Shown here: positions 38,351 to 49,446 of the stretch, one piece after another | How positions within the stretch are numbered: position 1 is the first letter of the stretch | Layout of the letters: the number at the start of each line of letters is the position of its first letter | NCBI GenBank assembly: GCA_963703225.1 | Contig: OY969801.1 | Span: forward strand, 1,536,001 to 1,600,000 | Origin: Candidatus Eiseniibacteriota bacterium | GTDB taxonomy: Bacteria; Eisenbacteria; RBG-16-71-46; SZUA-252 | DNA length: 64,000 nucleotides | Direction of reading: 5' to 3' | Notes under the pieces: model-generated | Databases searched by the model: none | Told to the model about the DNA's origin: nothing | Seen by the model: only the letters and a program-made list of their open reading frames with translations | Translations under genes and position numbers: made by a program

Positions 38351-39409
38351 TCAGTGGACCGAGGCGGGCGAGTCGGCCGCGTCGCTCTCCAGCAGATGGC
38401 GCAGCTTGAGCAGCGCGCGTTCCTCCAGCTGGCGGATTCGTTCCCGGGAGAGCCCGAAGTGCTTCCCCGTCTCCGCGAGGGTGCGCGAGCGATCGTCGAA
38501 GAATCCGTATCGCAATCGAAGGATTGCCTCCTCGCGCCCCGAGAGTCGCTTCAGCATGTCGTTGAGCTGTTGGTCGCGAATCTGCATCTCGATGATCTCG
38601 TCCAGGCTGGGCGGCTGTTCCACGGCCTCGGACTCGATCAAGCCGTGGAATGCTTCGTTCCCGAGATCGACATCCAACGTGTGGATCGACTGAACCAGGG
38701 TCTCGAGCCGGGAGACCCTCGACTCCGGAATCGCCATCTCGCGAGCCACCTCGTCGAGGCCCGGCTTGCGGCGGAGCTCCGACTCCATCCGCCGCTGGGT
38801 GGCGACGAACCGCCGCATCATCTGCAGCACGTGGATTGGAATCCGGACGGTGCGGGACTGATTGGCGACGCCGCGGGCAAGGGCCTGCCGGATCCACCAC
38901 GTGGCGTAGGTGCTGAAATGGATGCCCCGATCGACGTCGTAGCGGTCCACGGCGGTGATCAGGCCCAGATTTCCCTCTTCGACCAGATCCAGAAACTCCA
39001 CGCCGCGATTTCGGTACGCGCGGGCGATCGAGACCACGAGCCGCAGGTAAGCGAGGATCAATTTCTTCCGAGCCGCCTCACTGCCTCGGCGCATCGACTC
39101 CCAGAGCTGGCGTTCCTCCTCGCGTTCGAGAAGCGGGTAGCGCTGGATTTCTCTCATGTAGCGGCGCTCGAGAGCCCCGACGGTTGCTCCGAGCGATTCG
39201 GAGGTCACCATCTCCGTCGACCGCGTCCCGCCGGGCAGCCGAACGCCCTGTCGCCGCGCTTCGGACAAGAAGAGATCGAACGCGCCGGGCTCGAACTCGG
39301 GCGAGTGGAGGAGTGGCTCCAGTTCGTCGTCCGTCAGCTCGCCGCGCTCCAGTCCGCGCCGGAGCGCTTCGGAGAGCTCAGCGACAAAGCGTCGGGGATT
39401 CTCGGTCAT
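38351..39409 (-). CDS. RpoD/RpoS-family sigma-70 factor (probably non-primary)
   Basis: [40 protein letters not shown] and SRERIRQLE. Confidence 0.92.
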   Translation of the reverse strand: MTENPRRFVAELSEALRRGLERGELTDDELEPLLHSPEFEPGAFDLFLSEARRQGVRLPGGTRSTEMVTSESLGATVGALERRYMREIQRYPLLEREEERQLWESMRRGSEAARKKLILAYLRLVVSIARAYRNRGVEFLDLVEEGNLGLITAVDRYDVDRGIHFSTYATWWIRQALARGVANQSRTVRIPIHVLQMMRRFVATQRRMESELRRKPGLDEVAREMAIPESRVSRLETLVQSIHTLDVDLGNEAFHGLIESEAVEQPPSLDEIIEMQIRDQQLNDMLKRLSGREEAILRLRYGFFDDRSRTLAETGKHFGLSRERIRQLEERALLKLRHLLESDAADSPASVH

Positions 39410-39419
39410 GAATGCTCCC

Positions 39420-39707
39420 TCAACCGGCCTCGATCCGAAATTCCGCGGAACCGCGGGGAGAGACCCATTCTACATCCACCCGCTCGACGCGTGCCGCGGG
39501 CGGCCCTTCACGGAGATCGGCGAGCAGCGTCTCCAGCGCCCGCTTCGGGCCCTCCGCTTCCACGCGAACCGACCGGTTCGGCATGTTCCGAACCGAGCCC
39601 GACAGATGGAGCTCGAGGGCTCGGGATCGGACGAAAAGCCGGAATCCCACGCCCTGGACCCGCCCCTCGACGCGCGCGACGAAGCGGGCGTCGTCGTGTG
39701 GCTTCAT
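39420..39707 (-). CDS. acyP: Acylphosphatase
   Basis: [16 protein letters not shown] and GPPAARV. Confidence 0.93.
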   Translation of the reverse strand: MKPHDDARFVARVEGRVQGVGFRLFVRSRALELHLSGSVRNMPNRSVRVEAEGPKRALETLLADLREGPPAARVERVDVEWVSPRGSAEFRIEAG

Positions 39708-39763
39708 GGAGGGGAGCACTGGGGGGGATGGACGGAGAGTGGCTCGGCTCGACGCGGCGGAGG

Positions 39764-39841
<78 letters not shown>

Positions 39842-39885
39842 ATCCTCTGCCGCATCGAACCACGAGATCTCGTCCCGAATTCCCA

Positions 39886-39915
39886 AGTCTATCAACCCGA
39901 AGGCGAAGCGGTCAA
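39886..39915 (-). promoter_or_regulatory. Putative sigma-70 promoter for tRNA-Pro
   Basis: TTGACC-N18-TAGACT. Confidence 0.55.
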
Positions 39916-39971
39916 CCGACTTCGCCCTCCCGCGGTGCTCCGATCATCCCCGAACGGATCCCAGCGGCTGT

Positions 39972-41510
39972 TCAGCGCACCTCCATCAGCAGACGCTCCG
40001 GCGCCGGCGATCCGGCGGGAAGCCGCCGGAACGCGACCATCTGGTCCTTCGCGCTGATCGTGTTGTGTCCTAGCTCGATCGCGCCGACGATCATGTATTG
40101 GTGCGTCGAATCGGCGTCCAGGAAGACGTAGCCCTTGGAATCGGGGTCCCAGAGCGCGTACTCGTGGAACCAATCCACGAAGATCACGAGGAGCTCGGGG
40201 CGATACTTGGAAAGCATCCGAGGAAGCGGCTCCTTCGGGGTGATGAGCCCCATGAGGTCCACCACAGGGCGGTGGCTGAAGTACCCGATCGCGCCGATGT
40301 CGTTGGTCGCGATCCGGTCGCCGGGCCGAGTGATCTTCTCCGCGAATTGCCCGAGGCGCCGCTGCATTTCATTGATGTTTTGAACATTCCAACCGTGCAG
40401 CTCCGCCTGGCGCCCGGCGTAGGCCATCTGCCACACGAGGCACGCGCCTGCCAACGCCGCGACCGAGGTTCGGCCGGCGGCTCCGGGGAGCCTCCGGCCG
40501 ATCGCGTCGAGGCCCACCGCCGCGAGCGCGATGCCGAATGGAATGACGTAGAGGATGTACCGCTTGTGGGACGCGCTGTGCTCCCGAAAGAGCGAAAGCG
40601 CGATCGGGAGGCCGAGCACGTAAAGCGCCAAGAGCGGCCGGCGCCTCAGGGTGACGGCCGCCCCGGCTGCAAGGAGCCCCAACAGGAGAACCGGCTCCTC
40701 CAGCTCATCGGCGGGGCGATACGGGATTCCCCATAACGCCCCCCACTCCCGGAGCAGGTTTCCGGTCCGGTGGACGAGGTCGATCCCAAAGTGCGCCTTC
40801 ACGCCGACCGTCTGGGGCATCCAGTGGCCCCCCACCGCGTGATTGAATACCAGGAACGCGAGCACGATCGGCGCCGCGGCGAGGGCGCGCTTCATGGCTT
40901 CTCGGGGCGGCCCGATGATTCCCAGCGCCACCAGGAAGAGCCCGTCCGGTCGGAGCCAGACACCGACCGCCCAGACGAGGACGGCCGCGACCGATCGGCC
41001 GCGGACATAGAAATACAATCCGACGCAGACGAGCAGGAGGTAGAAGGAGATCTCCATTCCGGAAAGGGACGCCCAGACGAGGGCGGGGGCGGTGGCCATC
41101 AGAACCCCCGCCGCGAGCGCGAGAACCCGGCGTCCTGGAACCAACGCTTGGACCGTGGCGTACAAGGCGACGGCCGCGCCGATCTGACAGACCATCCCAA
41201 AGACTTTGCCCGACCAGATGACCTCGCGGAAGAGAAGGTAGAAAAACGCGAGCACAAAGGTGTAGAGGGGGCCCGTGGAGCCCGCGACGGGCTCGTCGGG
41301 ATTGAACGCGAATCCGTGGCCCGTCGCGAGATTTCGCGCCATCGTGGCGTAAATCCAGGAATCGTCGAGCGAGAAGCCCCACTCGCCCGCGATGCGCTTC
41401 TCGGCGCCGAGAAACCAGACGCACATCGCGAGGACGGCCGCGGCAAGAATCCCCACCGCGGCGCGCGTCGATAGACGGGACCGGGATCGATCCAGGGGGC
41501 TCCTAGGCAC
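39972..41510 (-). CDS. Polytopic membrane protein, probable GT-C fold glycosyltransferase
   Basis: LDDSWIY...ARNLATGHG.FN, SGME and RPDG motifs, with many TM segments. Confidence 0.7.
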   Translation of the reverse strand: MPRSPLDRSRSRLSTRAAVGILAAAVLAMCVWFLGAEKRIAGEWGFSLDDSWIYATMARNLATGHGFAFNPDEPVAGSTGPLYTFVLAFFYLLFREVIWSGKVFGMVCQIGAAVALYATVQALVPGRRVLALAAGVLMATAPALVWASLSGMEISFYLLLVCVGLYFYVRGRSVAAVLVWAVGVWLRPDGLFLVALGIIGPPREAMKRALAAAPIVLAFLVFNHAVGGHWMPQTVGVKAHFGIDLVHRTGNLLREWGALWGIPYRPADELEEPVLLLGLLAAGAAVTLRRRPLLALYVLGLPIALSLFREHSASHKRYILYVIPFGIALAAVGLDAIGRRLPGAAGRTSVAALAGACLVWQMAYAGRQAELHGWNVQNINEMQRRLGQFAEKITRPGDRIATNDIGAIGYFSHRPVVDLMGLITPKEPLPRMLSKYRPELLVIFVDWFHEYALWDPDSKGYVFLDADSTHQYMIVGAIELGHNTISAKDQMVAFRRLPAGSPAPERLLMEVR

Positions 41511-42168
41511 CCGGCGACCAGCCCTCCCGCCCAATCAGGGGCACGAACGTGCAGCCGCAGAGGACCCGCTCGTCCAACCCGTGGGCCGTCCGCGTGAACT
41601 TGACCAGCGATTGGCTTTCGCTCTCCCCGACCGGCGCGACCGCGATCCCTCCCATCCGGAGCTGCTCTTCGAGAAAGGCCGGCGTCTTGGGGGCGCCGGC
41701 CGTGACCAGAATCCGATCGTAGGGCGCCATTTCCTTCCATCCGAGGGATCCGTCGGCGCAGCGGAAGACGATGTTCGTGTAGCCCATTCCCTCGAGCCGC
41801 TCCCGGGCCTTGGCGGCCACCGTCGGAATTCTCTCGACCGTGAAGACCCTGTCGGCCAGCTCGGCCAAGATGGCGGTCTGGTACCCGGAGCCCGTCCCCA
41901 TCTCGAGCACCTTCTCCTCACCGGTCAAGTCGAGCGCCTGGGTCATCAAGGCCACCATGTAGGGCTGCGAGATGGTCTGCTCGTCGCCGATCGGGAGCGC
42001 GTGATCGCTGTACGCGCGCGCGGTGAGCATTTCGTCCACGAAGAGATGGCGCGGCATCGCTTCCATGATCCGAAGGACGTGCAGGTCGTGGATGCCGCGG
42101 GCCCGGAGCTGCTCCTCCACCATCCGCCGCCGCGCGATGGCGAGATCGTTACGCCTCCGGTTCATCAA
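41503..42168 (-). CDS. pcm: Protein-L-isoaspartate O-methyltransferase
   Basis: PRHLFV, QTISQPYMVA, LEMGTGSGYQ and FVPLIG. Confidence 0.96.
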   Translation of the reverse strand: MMNRRRNDLAIARRRMVEEQLRARGIHDLHVLRIMEAMPRHLFVDEMLTARAYSDHALPIGDEQTISQPYMVALMTQALDLTGEEKVLEMGTGSGYQTAILAELADRVFTVERIPTVAAKARERLEGMGYTNIVFRCADGSLGWKEMAPYDRILVTAGAPKTPAFLEEQLRMGGIAVAPVGESESQSLVKFTRTAHGLDERVLCGCTFVPLIGREGWSPGA

Positions 42169-42914
42169 GCGAGACCCCCAGCGACTCGAGATTTACGATT
42201 CCCTTGTAGTCGGTGAGTTCGAACGTGAGCGGCGTCACCGAGACAAAGCCTTCCTCCACGGCGGTAAAGTCGCTGGCCTCGTCGTGCTCCCAGGTCGGCT
42301 CCTCTCCGCCGATCCAGTAGTAGAGTTTGCCTCTGGGATCGGTCTTCTCGACGATGACGTCCCGATAGACGCGCTTCCCCAGCCGGGTGATTCGCACCCC
42401 CTTCAGGTCGCCCCACGGGATCGGCGGGATGTTCACGTTCAGGCAGGAGTTCTCGGGGATGCCCTTGCGGAGGAGCTGTCGCACCAGATTCCTGCGCCAC
42501 GCGGGCCGCGGGACCGAAGTCGGCTTCCCCCCAGGTCGCGAGCGAGATCGCGATCGAGGGGATCCCCAGAAACGTGCCCTCGCTCGCGGCCGCCACGGTG
42601 CCCGAATACATCACGTCGCTCCCCATGTTCGGACCGTGGTTGATCCCCGATACCACCAAAGCCGGTTTCTTCTTGAGGAATCCGTGCACGCCCAGGAGCA
42701 CCGCGTCGGTGGGCGTCCCATCGACGCTCATCACCCGGTCCGAGATCGCGTGCACCCGGAGTGGCCGGTGGAGCGTGAGCGCGTGGCTCGTCGCGCTCTG
42801 CTCCCGGTCGGGCGCGATGATCGAGACGGTGCCGAGCGGGGCCAGCGCTTCGGCCAGCGCGCGGATCCCATTCGCCTGGATCCCGTCGTCGTTCGTGACG
42901 AGGATGTCGATCAT
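42149..42914 (-). CDS. surE: 5'/3'-nucleotidase SurE; apparent +1 frameshift near 42490
   Basis: ILVTNDDG, GTPTD, SGINHG and YSGTVAAA, then LNVNIP and GFVSVTPL in a second frame. Confidence 0.95.
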
Positions 42915-43573
42915 TTCCCTACGTGGCGCAGCACGAGGCGGATGAACCGGATCGTGTCCCGGAACGGGTGGATGTGACTCCCCGGAGCGTTATAGATCGT
43001 GGGAACGGGCGCCGCGCCGATCCGAAAACCGGCCTTGGCCGCGCCGATCAGGAATTCCGATTCGTAGTCGAAGCGACGGCTCTCGGGGCGGACCTTCCGC
43101 AGAACATCCGCACGGATCGCGCGAAAGCCCGACTGGGAATCCTGAATTCTCTGACCCGCGAGCTTGGAGACGAACCACGTCGTGACGTCGTTGGTGGCGC
43201 GGCGGAGCCACGGCATCCCGGTTCGGTCCCCCTCCCGCGACCCGATGACGACGTCGGCGCTCTCGAGCGCCGCGAGGAGCTGAGGCGCGAACGCGGGGTC
43301 GTGCTGGCCATCGGCGTCCAGCGCCAGCACACAGTCGGCGCCGCGCGAGAGCGCGAGGTCGAATCCAGTCTCCAGCGCAGCCCCCTTGCCTCGGTTTTGC
43401 TCATGACGCGCCACGATCGCACCCGCTTCGCGCGCCCGCTCGCCGGTGGCGTCGGTCGACCCATCGTCCACGACGACGACCTCCGTGCTCGGCAAGGCGG
43501 TCTTGAGCCTCCGGACGACGTCTCCGACGGTCGCGCCTGCGTCCCGAGCCGGAATCACGGCGATCGACTTCAT
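42911..43573 (-). CDS. GT2 glycosyltransferase (polyprenol-phosphate hexosyltransferase/DPM1-like)
   Basis: VVDDGSTD, NRGKGAA, LDADGQH and DSQSGFRA. Confidence 0.9.
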   Translation of the reverse strand: MKSIAVIPARDAGATVGDVVRRLKTALPSTEVVVVDDGSTDATGERAREAGAIVARHEQNRGKGAALETGFDLALSRGADCVLALDADGQHDPAFAPQLLAALESADVVIGSREGDRTGMPWLRRATNDVTTWFVSKLAGQRIQDSQSGFRAIRADVLRKVRPESRRFDYESEFLIGAAKAGFRIGAAPVPTIYNAPGSHIHPFRDTIRFIRLVLRHVGK

Positions 43574-44472
43574 CGGCGAGTCGATTCGGCTCCCCCACCA
43601 ACCGGAACGGCCCAACCTCCACGGTCCCACTCGAACCACTGAGTGGGGTGCGCCCGAACGTGGTCGTCGAAAAACTTCTGAAGCCGCGCCTCCGCTTGCG
43701 AGAGCCCGATCCCTCCCCGCTTCGGCTCCAGCGTGAAAGCGGGGTGGAACCGAACCTCGGCGGCACCGTCGGGCGCGCGCCACGCGACGCCGGCCAGGAC
43801 TTGGGCCGATGCCCGCCGCGCGATCAGGAGCGGGCCCGCATCGACCCGGACCAGACCCTGCGAGCGGTTCCCCTCGGACGGCCGGAGCGCCCCGACGCGA
43901 CCACGGGTCGCGCGGTCGGCGAGCGCGGCGATCCACCCGCCCGCGCGGAGGCGCTCCACCGCCTCCGCCGCCGGACGCCGGGCGCTCAGGGTGCGGACGC
44001 CGAAGGCCGCCCGCCGGGCGGCGAAGAACCGTTCCACCGCGGAGAATCGGTGGCGCCTCGTCAGCGCGCCCACCGGTCCGACCTCTCGCGCGAGCCATTG
44101 GAGGGCCGCTTCCCACGGCCCGAAGTGTCCGCTCACGAGGACCGTCGAGCGCTTCGCATCGAGCGCTCTTCGGAGGATCGCCCGCGCCTCGTCGTCGAGC
44201 CGAACTGGGGGGGCACCCTCCCCTCGCGCGTCCGTGGCGAGAAAGTCCCGGAGCGCGAGCGCGAACTCCCGGTGCGTCTCGCGCGCCTCGGGAGGCTCCC
44301 CGCGACCACCGCCTTCGGACCAAATGCGACGAAGCCGCCGGTCGACGGCGCGCGCACTCGCGGGATGGCTCCAGACGTACAGATCCGCCAACCAAACGGC
44401 GAGACCGTCGCTCATCCAGGGAGGAAGGTGCCGCGCGGCCGAAGCGGCCAGGCTGTATCCGAGGTCGGTCAC
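43570..44472 (-). CDS. Lysophospholipid acyltransferase family (HtrB/LpxL or PatA-like)
   Basis: SGHFGPWE (HxxxxE), LADR and HPTQWF. Confidence 0.8.
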   Translation of the reverse strand: MTDLGYSLAASAARHLPPWMSDGLAVWLADLYVWSHPASARAVDRRLRRIWSEGGGRGEPPEARETHREFALALRDFLATDARGEGAPPVRLDDEARAILRRALDAKRSTVLVSGHFGPWEAALQWLAREVGPVGALTRRHRFSAVERFFAARRAAFGVRTLSARRPAAEAVERLRAGGWIAALADRATRGRVGALRPSEGNRSQGLVRVDAGPLLIARRASAQVLAGVAWRAPDGAAEVRFHPAFTLEPKRGGIGLSQAEARLQKFFDDHVRAHPTQWFEWDRGGWAVPVGGGAESTRR

Positions 44473-44556
44473 GTTCTGCGGCCCCTCCTCAGCAGTGTGG
44501 AACGGAAACGCCCCGGGGTACAGACCCCGGGGCGCATGTTCCGGAACGGACTCAGA

Positions 44557-44633
44557 TGGTCGGGGCGACAGGATTTGAACCTGCGACCACCTCCACCCCA
44601 AGGAGGTGCGCTACCGGGCTGCGCTACGCCCCG
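44557..44633 (-). tRNA. tRNA-Pro(GGG)
   Basis: CGGGGCGTAGCGCAG...CCTCC-TTGGGGT-GGAGG...CCA. Confidence 0.97.
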
Positions 44634-44740
44634 ACCTCATCGTGCGGCGTCGGGCGATGCGAATTCGCGCCCCATGCTACACGACCGCCGAGGGAGCGGA
44701 CAAGGGGGCAGCTCCCCGCGTCGCACCAGCGGACACGACG

Positions 44741-45127
44741 TCAGCGGCGACTTCTCGCCTTTGCCTGGGCCTCTTGCCGCAGCAGATTCAAGAGTCCCTC
44801 CATGTCTTTCCGAAGCCCACGGAGCATCTCCTCGCGATCGAGTTTGCTGAACGGGAGCTCGATCTGCTCCTTCCCCTCGGAGCGCTCGTCGAGAATCCGC
44901 CGCCTCGCTCCCGCGATCGTGAAGCGCTGGTCGTAGAGGAGCTGCTTGATCTCGAAGAGCACCTCGATGTCGCGCTTCCGGTACATTCGAGCGCCGCCAC
45001 GCCCCTTCTTCGGGCGGAGCATCTTGAATTGCGTCTCCCAGTAGCGGAGGACGTGGGGCTTGACGCCGATCAAGTCGCTCACTTCGCTGATGGAGTAGTA
45101 GAGCCTACCGGTCGGAAGCGACTTCAC
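44741..45127 (-). CDS. MerR family transcriptional regulator
   Basis: YYSISEVS...VKPHVLRYWETQF...FTIAGA. Confidence 0.9.
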   Translation of the reverse strand: MKSLPTGRLYYSISEVSDLIGVKPHVLRYWETQFKMLRPKKGRGGARMYRKRDIEVLFEIKQLLYDQRFTIAGARRRILDERSEGKEQIELPFSKLDREEMLRGLRKDMEGLLNLLRQEAQAKARSRR

Positions 45128-45131
45128 GGGA

Positions 45132-46161
45132 TCACCTCCTGGATAGAGTTCCGGCTTCCGCTTTCAAGTCACGCGTCAAGAGCTCGCGCAGGGCGCTCCG
45201 GGCGCTCTTCCCTTCGTAGAGTATGGCGTGCACCTGCTCGACGATGGGAAGCTCGACGCCCTGCTGACGCGCGAGTGCGAGTGCTGCTTCCGATGTGGCC
45301 ACCCCCTCCACGACCATCGGCGAGGAGTCGAGGGCTTCCTTCAAGGTCGCGCCGCGCCCGATGGCTTCCCCCAGACGTCGGTTTCGGCTGTGGCGGCTGG
45401 TGGCGGTGGCGATCAGGTCTCCCATTCCCGCGAGCCCGGCGAATGTCTCGGGCCGAGCGCCGAGGCGCTCTCCCAGCCGGGCAATTTCCGCCAGGCCGCG
45501 CGTCAAGAGCGCCGCCTTGGTGGAATCTCCGAAGCCGAGGCCGTCGGCGATCCCGGCCGCGATCGCGATCACGTTCTTCAGCGCGACGCCGATCTCGACC
45601 CCCACGACGTCGTCGTTCGTGTAGATCCGGAGCCAGTCGGTGGCATAGGACTCCTGCGCCCGGAGCGCGAGCGGTGCGCTGGTGGACGCGGCGACAATCA
45701 GGGTCGGGACGCGCCGCGCCACTTCCTCCGCGTGGCTCGGCCCCGCGAGCACCACGACCCGATCCGCCAGCTCCCGCGGCAGCGTCTCCCCCAGCACCTC
45801 GCTCATCCGGCGAAGCGTCTTCGTCTCGAGCCCCTTGGTCGCCACCGTGACCCACTCCACCCGCTTCAGCGATTCCGCCGCCTCCTGGGTGAGGCGGGTG
45901 GTCGTGGCCCGGAGCGCGTGGGACGGGGTCACGAACAGAAGCGTCTCCGCACCCGAGGCTGCCTCGACGAGGGATGAAGTGATCTGGATCGCGGCGGGGA
46001 TCGGGATCTCGGGCAGGAACCGCTCGTTCACCCGGGTGCTGCTTCATCCGCTCGGCCAAGTCGGGCTCGTAGACCCAGAGGCGGACGGCGTGTCCTCTGC
46101 TCTCGAGCACGATCGAGAGCGCGGTACCCCAGCCGCCCCCGCCGATCACGCCGACGTTCAC
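45132..46161 (-). CDS. gpsA: NAD(P)H-dependent glycerol-3-phosphate dehydrogenase; apparent +1 frameshift near 46037
   Basis: GGGGWGTAL, then TKGLE, GPSHA, LKNVIAIAAG and GDL...SRN in a second frame. Confidence 0.95.
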
Positions 46162-46781
46162 GGGCGCCCTCCCTTGGGAACACCGAGGATCGGCGGCTCC
46201 GTTCCATTGAGGAGCCTGCGGATATTGGCCGTGTGGCGGACGATGATGAGCAGCGCGACGAGGGCGGAAACGACAATCACCCCCAGCCGCTGCGGATCGC
46301 TGCGAGTGAAGAGCGCCACGAGAATGGGATACGCGACCGCCGCGCCCACCGAGCCGACCGAAACCCGCCGCGAGATCGCGACCAGGAGGATCCAGAGGGC
46401 CAGGGCGAGCAGGGATGGAACGGGCAGGATTCCGAGGAAGACGCCGAGGCTCGTGGCCACGCCCCGCCCACCCTTGAATCCGAGCCAGGGCATGAAGACA
46501 TGACCCAGGATCGCCGCCACGCCCGCCGTCAGGGCAAGGATGCGCGGGTCGACGGTCGCGGCACCCGGGACGAGCCCCTCGAGGGCACGAGGAATCAAGG
46601 TGGCGGCAAAGCCCTTCAGGGCGTCGAGGACAAAGACGAGCGCCCCCCAGGGGGCCCCCAGGACTCGAAATGCGTTGGTCGCGCCGATGTTCTTGCTGCC
46701 CGCGGTCCTCAAATCGACGCCGCGCGCGCGCCCCACCAGAAGGCCCGACGGGATGCCGCCGAGCGCGAACCCGATCAACAC
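46158..46781 (-). CDS. plsY: Glycerol-3-phosphate acyltransferase PlsY; start may extend to CTG 46808
   Basis: GSKNIGATNAFR, DALKG, FKGGRGVAT and RHTANIRRL. Confidence 0.95.
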   Translation of the reverse strand: MLIGFALGGIPSGLLVGRARGVDLRTAGSKNIGATNAFRVLGAPWGALVFVLDALKGFAATLIPRALEGLVPGAATVDPRILALTAGVAAILGHVFMPWLGFKGGRGVATSLGVFLGILPVPSLLALALWILLVAISRRVSVGSVGAAVAYPILVALFTRSDPQRLGVIVVSALVALLIIVRHTANIRRLLNGTEPPILGVPKGGRP

Positions 46782-46836
46782 GCAGGAGATGAGAAGCGGA
46801 ATGGTCAGCCCTCCGGAACGCGGACCGGGAGGCCCG

Positions 46837-48150
46837 TCAATGGCTCCCCTTCCATTCGAGCACGATCGGCGTGCCCTGGAAGCCGAAGCGCCGGCGCAAA
46901 CCTCGCTCCAGGTAACTTACATAATTTCGGTGGCGATATCGAGGATTGTTCACAAACAGCGAGAATGTTGGGGGGCGGCTTCCGCTCTGCGCCGCGTAGT
47001 AGAACTTGAGGTGCTTCCCCTGCGACGTTGCGGGCGGCCGGACCCGGTCCAGGATGGCGTGGACCGCCCGGTTCAGCTCGCTGGTCGGGATCGAACGGGC
47101 GTACTCCTTGTAGACCTGCGCGCAAGCGGGAAAGATCCTCCCGACCCCGCTGCCCGTCGCCGCCGAAACGAAGTGCATCGGCACGAAGTCGAGAAACGGG
47201 TAGAGGCGGACGAACTCCTCCTCGATCAGCTTCCGGGTCCCGGCGGGATCCTCCACGAGATCCCACTTGTTGAAGACCACGACGATGCCCTTCCGTTGCT
47301 CTTCGGCAAGCGCCGCGAGCCGCGCGTCCTGGACGCCCGGCTCGCGCGAGACGTCGATGACCAGGAGCACCAGGTCGGCCCGCGAAATGGCGCGGAGCGC
47401 CCGGGTCACGCTGTAGAACTCGATCGGATCGGTGACCTTGCTTTCCCGGCGCACCCCCGCGGTGTCGACCAGCACGTAGGTCTTCCCCCCGCGCACGAGC
47501 GTCGTGTCGACGGCGTCGCGGGTGGTCCCGGCCACCGAGTCGACCACCATCCGATCCTGGTCGAGGAGCCGGTTCACCAGGGAGGACTTCCCGACGTTGG
47601 GACGCCCCACGACCGCGATCCGGATCGCGCCCTCCAATTCGGGCGTGACTTCGCGCGAAGGGAACCGGCCGACCACCTCGTCCAGGAGATCCCCCGAGCC
47701 GCGCCCATGGAGCGCGGAGACCGGGATCGGAGCCCCCACCCCGAGCGAGTAGAAGTCCGCGAGATCCTCTTCACGGGCGGCCGTATCGGCCTTGTTCGCG
47801 ATCACCAGGGTCGGGCGCCCGCGTCGACGGACCCGCTCCGCCACTTCCCGATCGAGTGACGTGATTCCCTGGGTGGCGTCAACGACGAGCAGCGCGACAT
47901 CGGCCTCCTCGATCGCCTGCGCGGTCTGGTTCAAGATCTGGCGCTGGATCGGGTGGGCGCTACCCGGATCGATTCCCCCGGTGTCGACCAGGAGGAAGCG
48001 CTGGCCGTTCCACTCGGCCTCGGCGTAGTGGCGGTCCCGGGTCAGCCCCGAGATCTCGTCCACGATCGCCCGGCGTTGGCCCAGGATTCGATTGAAGAGG
48101 GTCGACTTCCCGACGTTGGGGCGGCCGACGATGGCGACGATCGGGAGCAC
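46837..48150 (-). CDS. der: Ribosome biogenesis GTPase Der
   Basis: Two GRPNVGKS domains, DTGG/DTAG and NKWD. Confidence 0.97.
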   Translation of the reverse strand: MLPIVAIVGRPNVGKSTLFNRILGQRRAIVDEISGLTRDRHYAEAEWNGQRFLLVDTGGIDPGSAHPIQRQILNQTAQAIEEADVALLVVDATQGITSLDREVAERVRRRGRPTLVIANKADTAAREEDLADFYSLGVGAPIPVSALHGRGSGDLLDEVVGRFPSREVTPELEGAIRIAVVGRPNVGKSSLVNRLLDQDRMVVDSVAGTTRDAVDTTLVRGGKTYVLVDTAGVRRESKVTDPIEFYSVTRALRAISRADLVLLVIDVSREPGVQDARLAALAEEQRKGIVVVFNKWDLVEDPAGTRKLIEEEFVRLYPFLDFVPMHFVSAATGSGVGRIFPACAQVYKEYARSIPTSELNRAVHAILDRVRPPATSQGKHLKFYYAAQSGSRPPTFSLFVNNPRYRHRNYVSYLERGLRRRFGFQGTPIVLEWKGSH

Positions 48151-48162
48151 GGGCGGTTTCCC

Positions 48163-49446
48163 CTACGCGCGAGCCGGCGCGTCAAACCCGATCTGGACGG
48201 GGACGCCGAGTCTTCGCTCCAGGTCGCTCCGGGTGCGGTCGTCGAGAAAGATCTCTCTCTCCTTGAGGCAATTGGGGGGCAGGAGCACTCGATCCACTGG
48301 ACCATGAGCCAGGAGCGTGCGCTCGATGTCCTCGCCGACGAGGAGACCGCTCACGGTGACGGAATCGCCGAAGTAGCCATTGGTGACCTCCACGATCGAC
48401 GCATCGACCGCGCGCGGGGCCGCTCGGCGAACAGGCGCCGCATGGTGGGGGCCGCGCTCGCGCCGGTCACCACGGCCACCCGCTCCCGGGAGCCGTTTCG
48501 CGCGGCGATAACGTCCTTCCCCTCCATCCAGCGGTCGATCGTCTCGCGCAGCATGCCGATGCCGTTCTCCAGCTGCGGGAACCCCTCGTACGCTCGCGCG
48601 GAGGGGATCTCTTCGCCCGCGAGCACGTACATCTCGTCCGCCGCGTAGACGACGCGGCTCTTCCAGCGCTTCCGGAATGCGGCCTGGTGACGGTGGACCT
48701 CGTCGAGGGCCGCCCGCGCGTCCTCGGCGGTGAAGGTCTTGAGATCGGGGAGCCGGGCCCGGTGCTTCGTCAGCCCGACCGGGACCACCGCGATCGTCTT
48801 GACCCGCGGGTGCCGCTCCGCCAGCTCCACGATGGAGCGCGTGAGAACTTCACCGTCGTTGATCCCGGGGCAAATGACGAGCTGGGTATGAAGCTCGATG
48901 CCGGCCTGAGCGAGGCGGTCGATCTGGCGCAGAATCTGCCCGGACTTCGGATTTTTCATGAGCCGGACCCGAACCTCGGGGTCGGTGGCGTGGACCGACA
49001 CGTAGAGCGGAGAGAGCCGTTCGTCGAGGATCCGCTGGAATTCCGCCTCCGAGAGGTTGGTCAAGCGTGATGAAATTCCCGTGGACGAAGGAGAAGACAT
49101 AGTCGTCGTCCTTGATCAAGAGCTCGCGCCGCACGCCCTTGGGGTGCTGATAGACGAAGCAGAAGACACAGTTGTTGTGGCAGCGCTTGGGCTGCCTGGC
49201 CTCGAATTCCGCGCCGAACGGCACGCCGTACTCGCGCTCACCCGCCACCTCGCGCTCCCCTCCCTCCCGACCGAGAATCAGGAGGCGAAGGCGCTCCTCG
49301 GATACCTGCGTTCCGAAGTCGATCTCGTCGTGGAGGGCGACGCCGTTGATCGCCAGAATACGCTCGCCGGGCATGAGCCCGAGCCGCTCGGCGAGGCCAC
49401 CGGGCTCGACACGCGAAATGGTAAAGGGATCGCTGAGACCAATCAC
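48163..49446 (-). CDS. DUF512/TIGR03279 PDZ plus radical-SAM-like protein; frameshifts near 49062 and 48418
   Basis: N-terminal PDZ, CHNNCVFC, KDDDY, SPLYVSVH, PGIND, QLENGIG and VTVSGLL. Confidence 0.85.
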
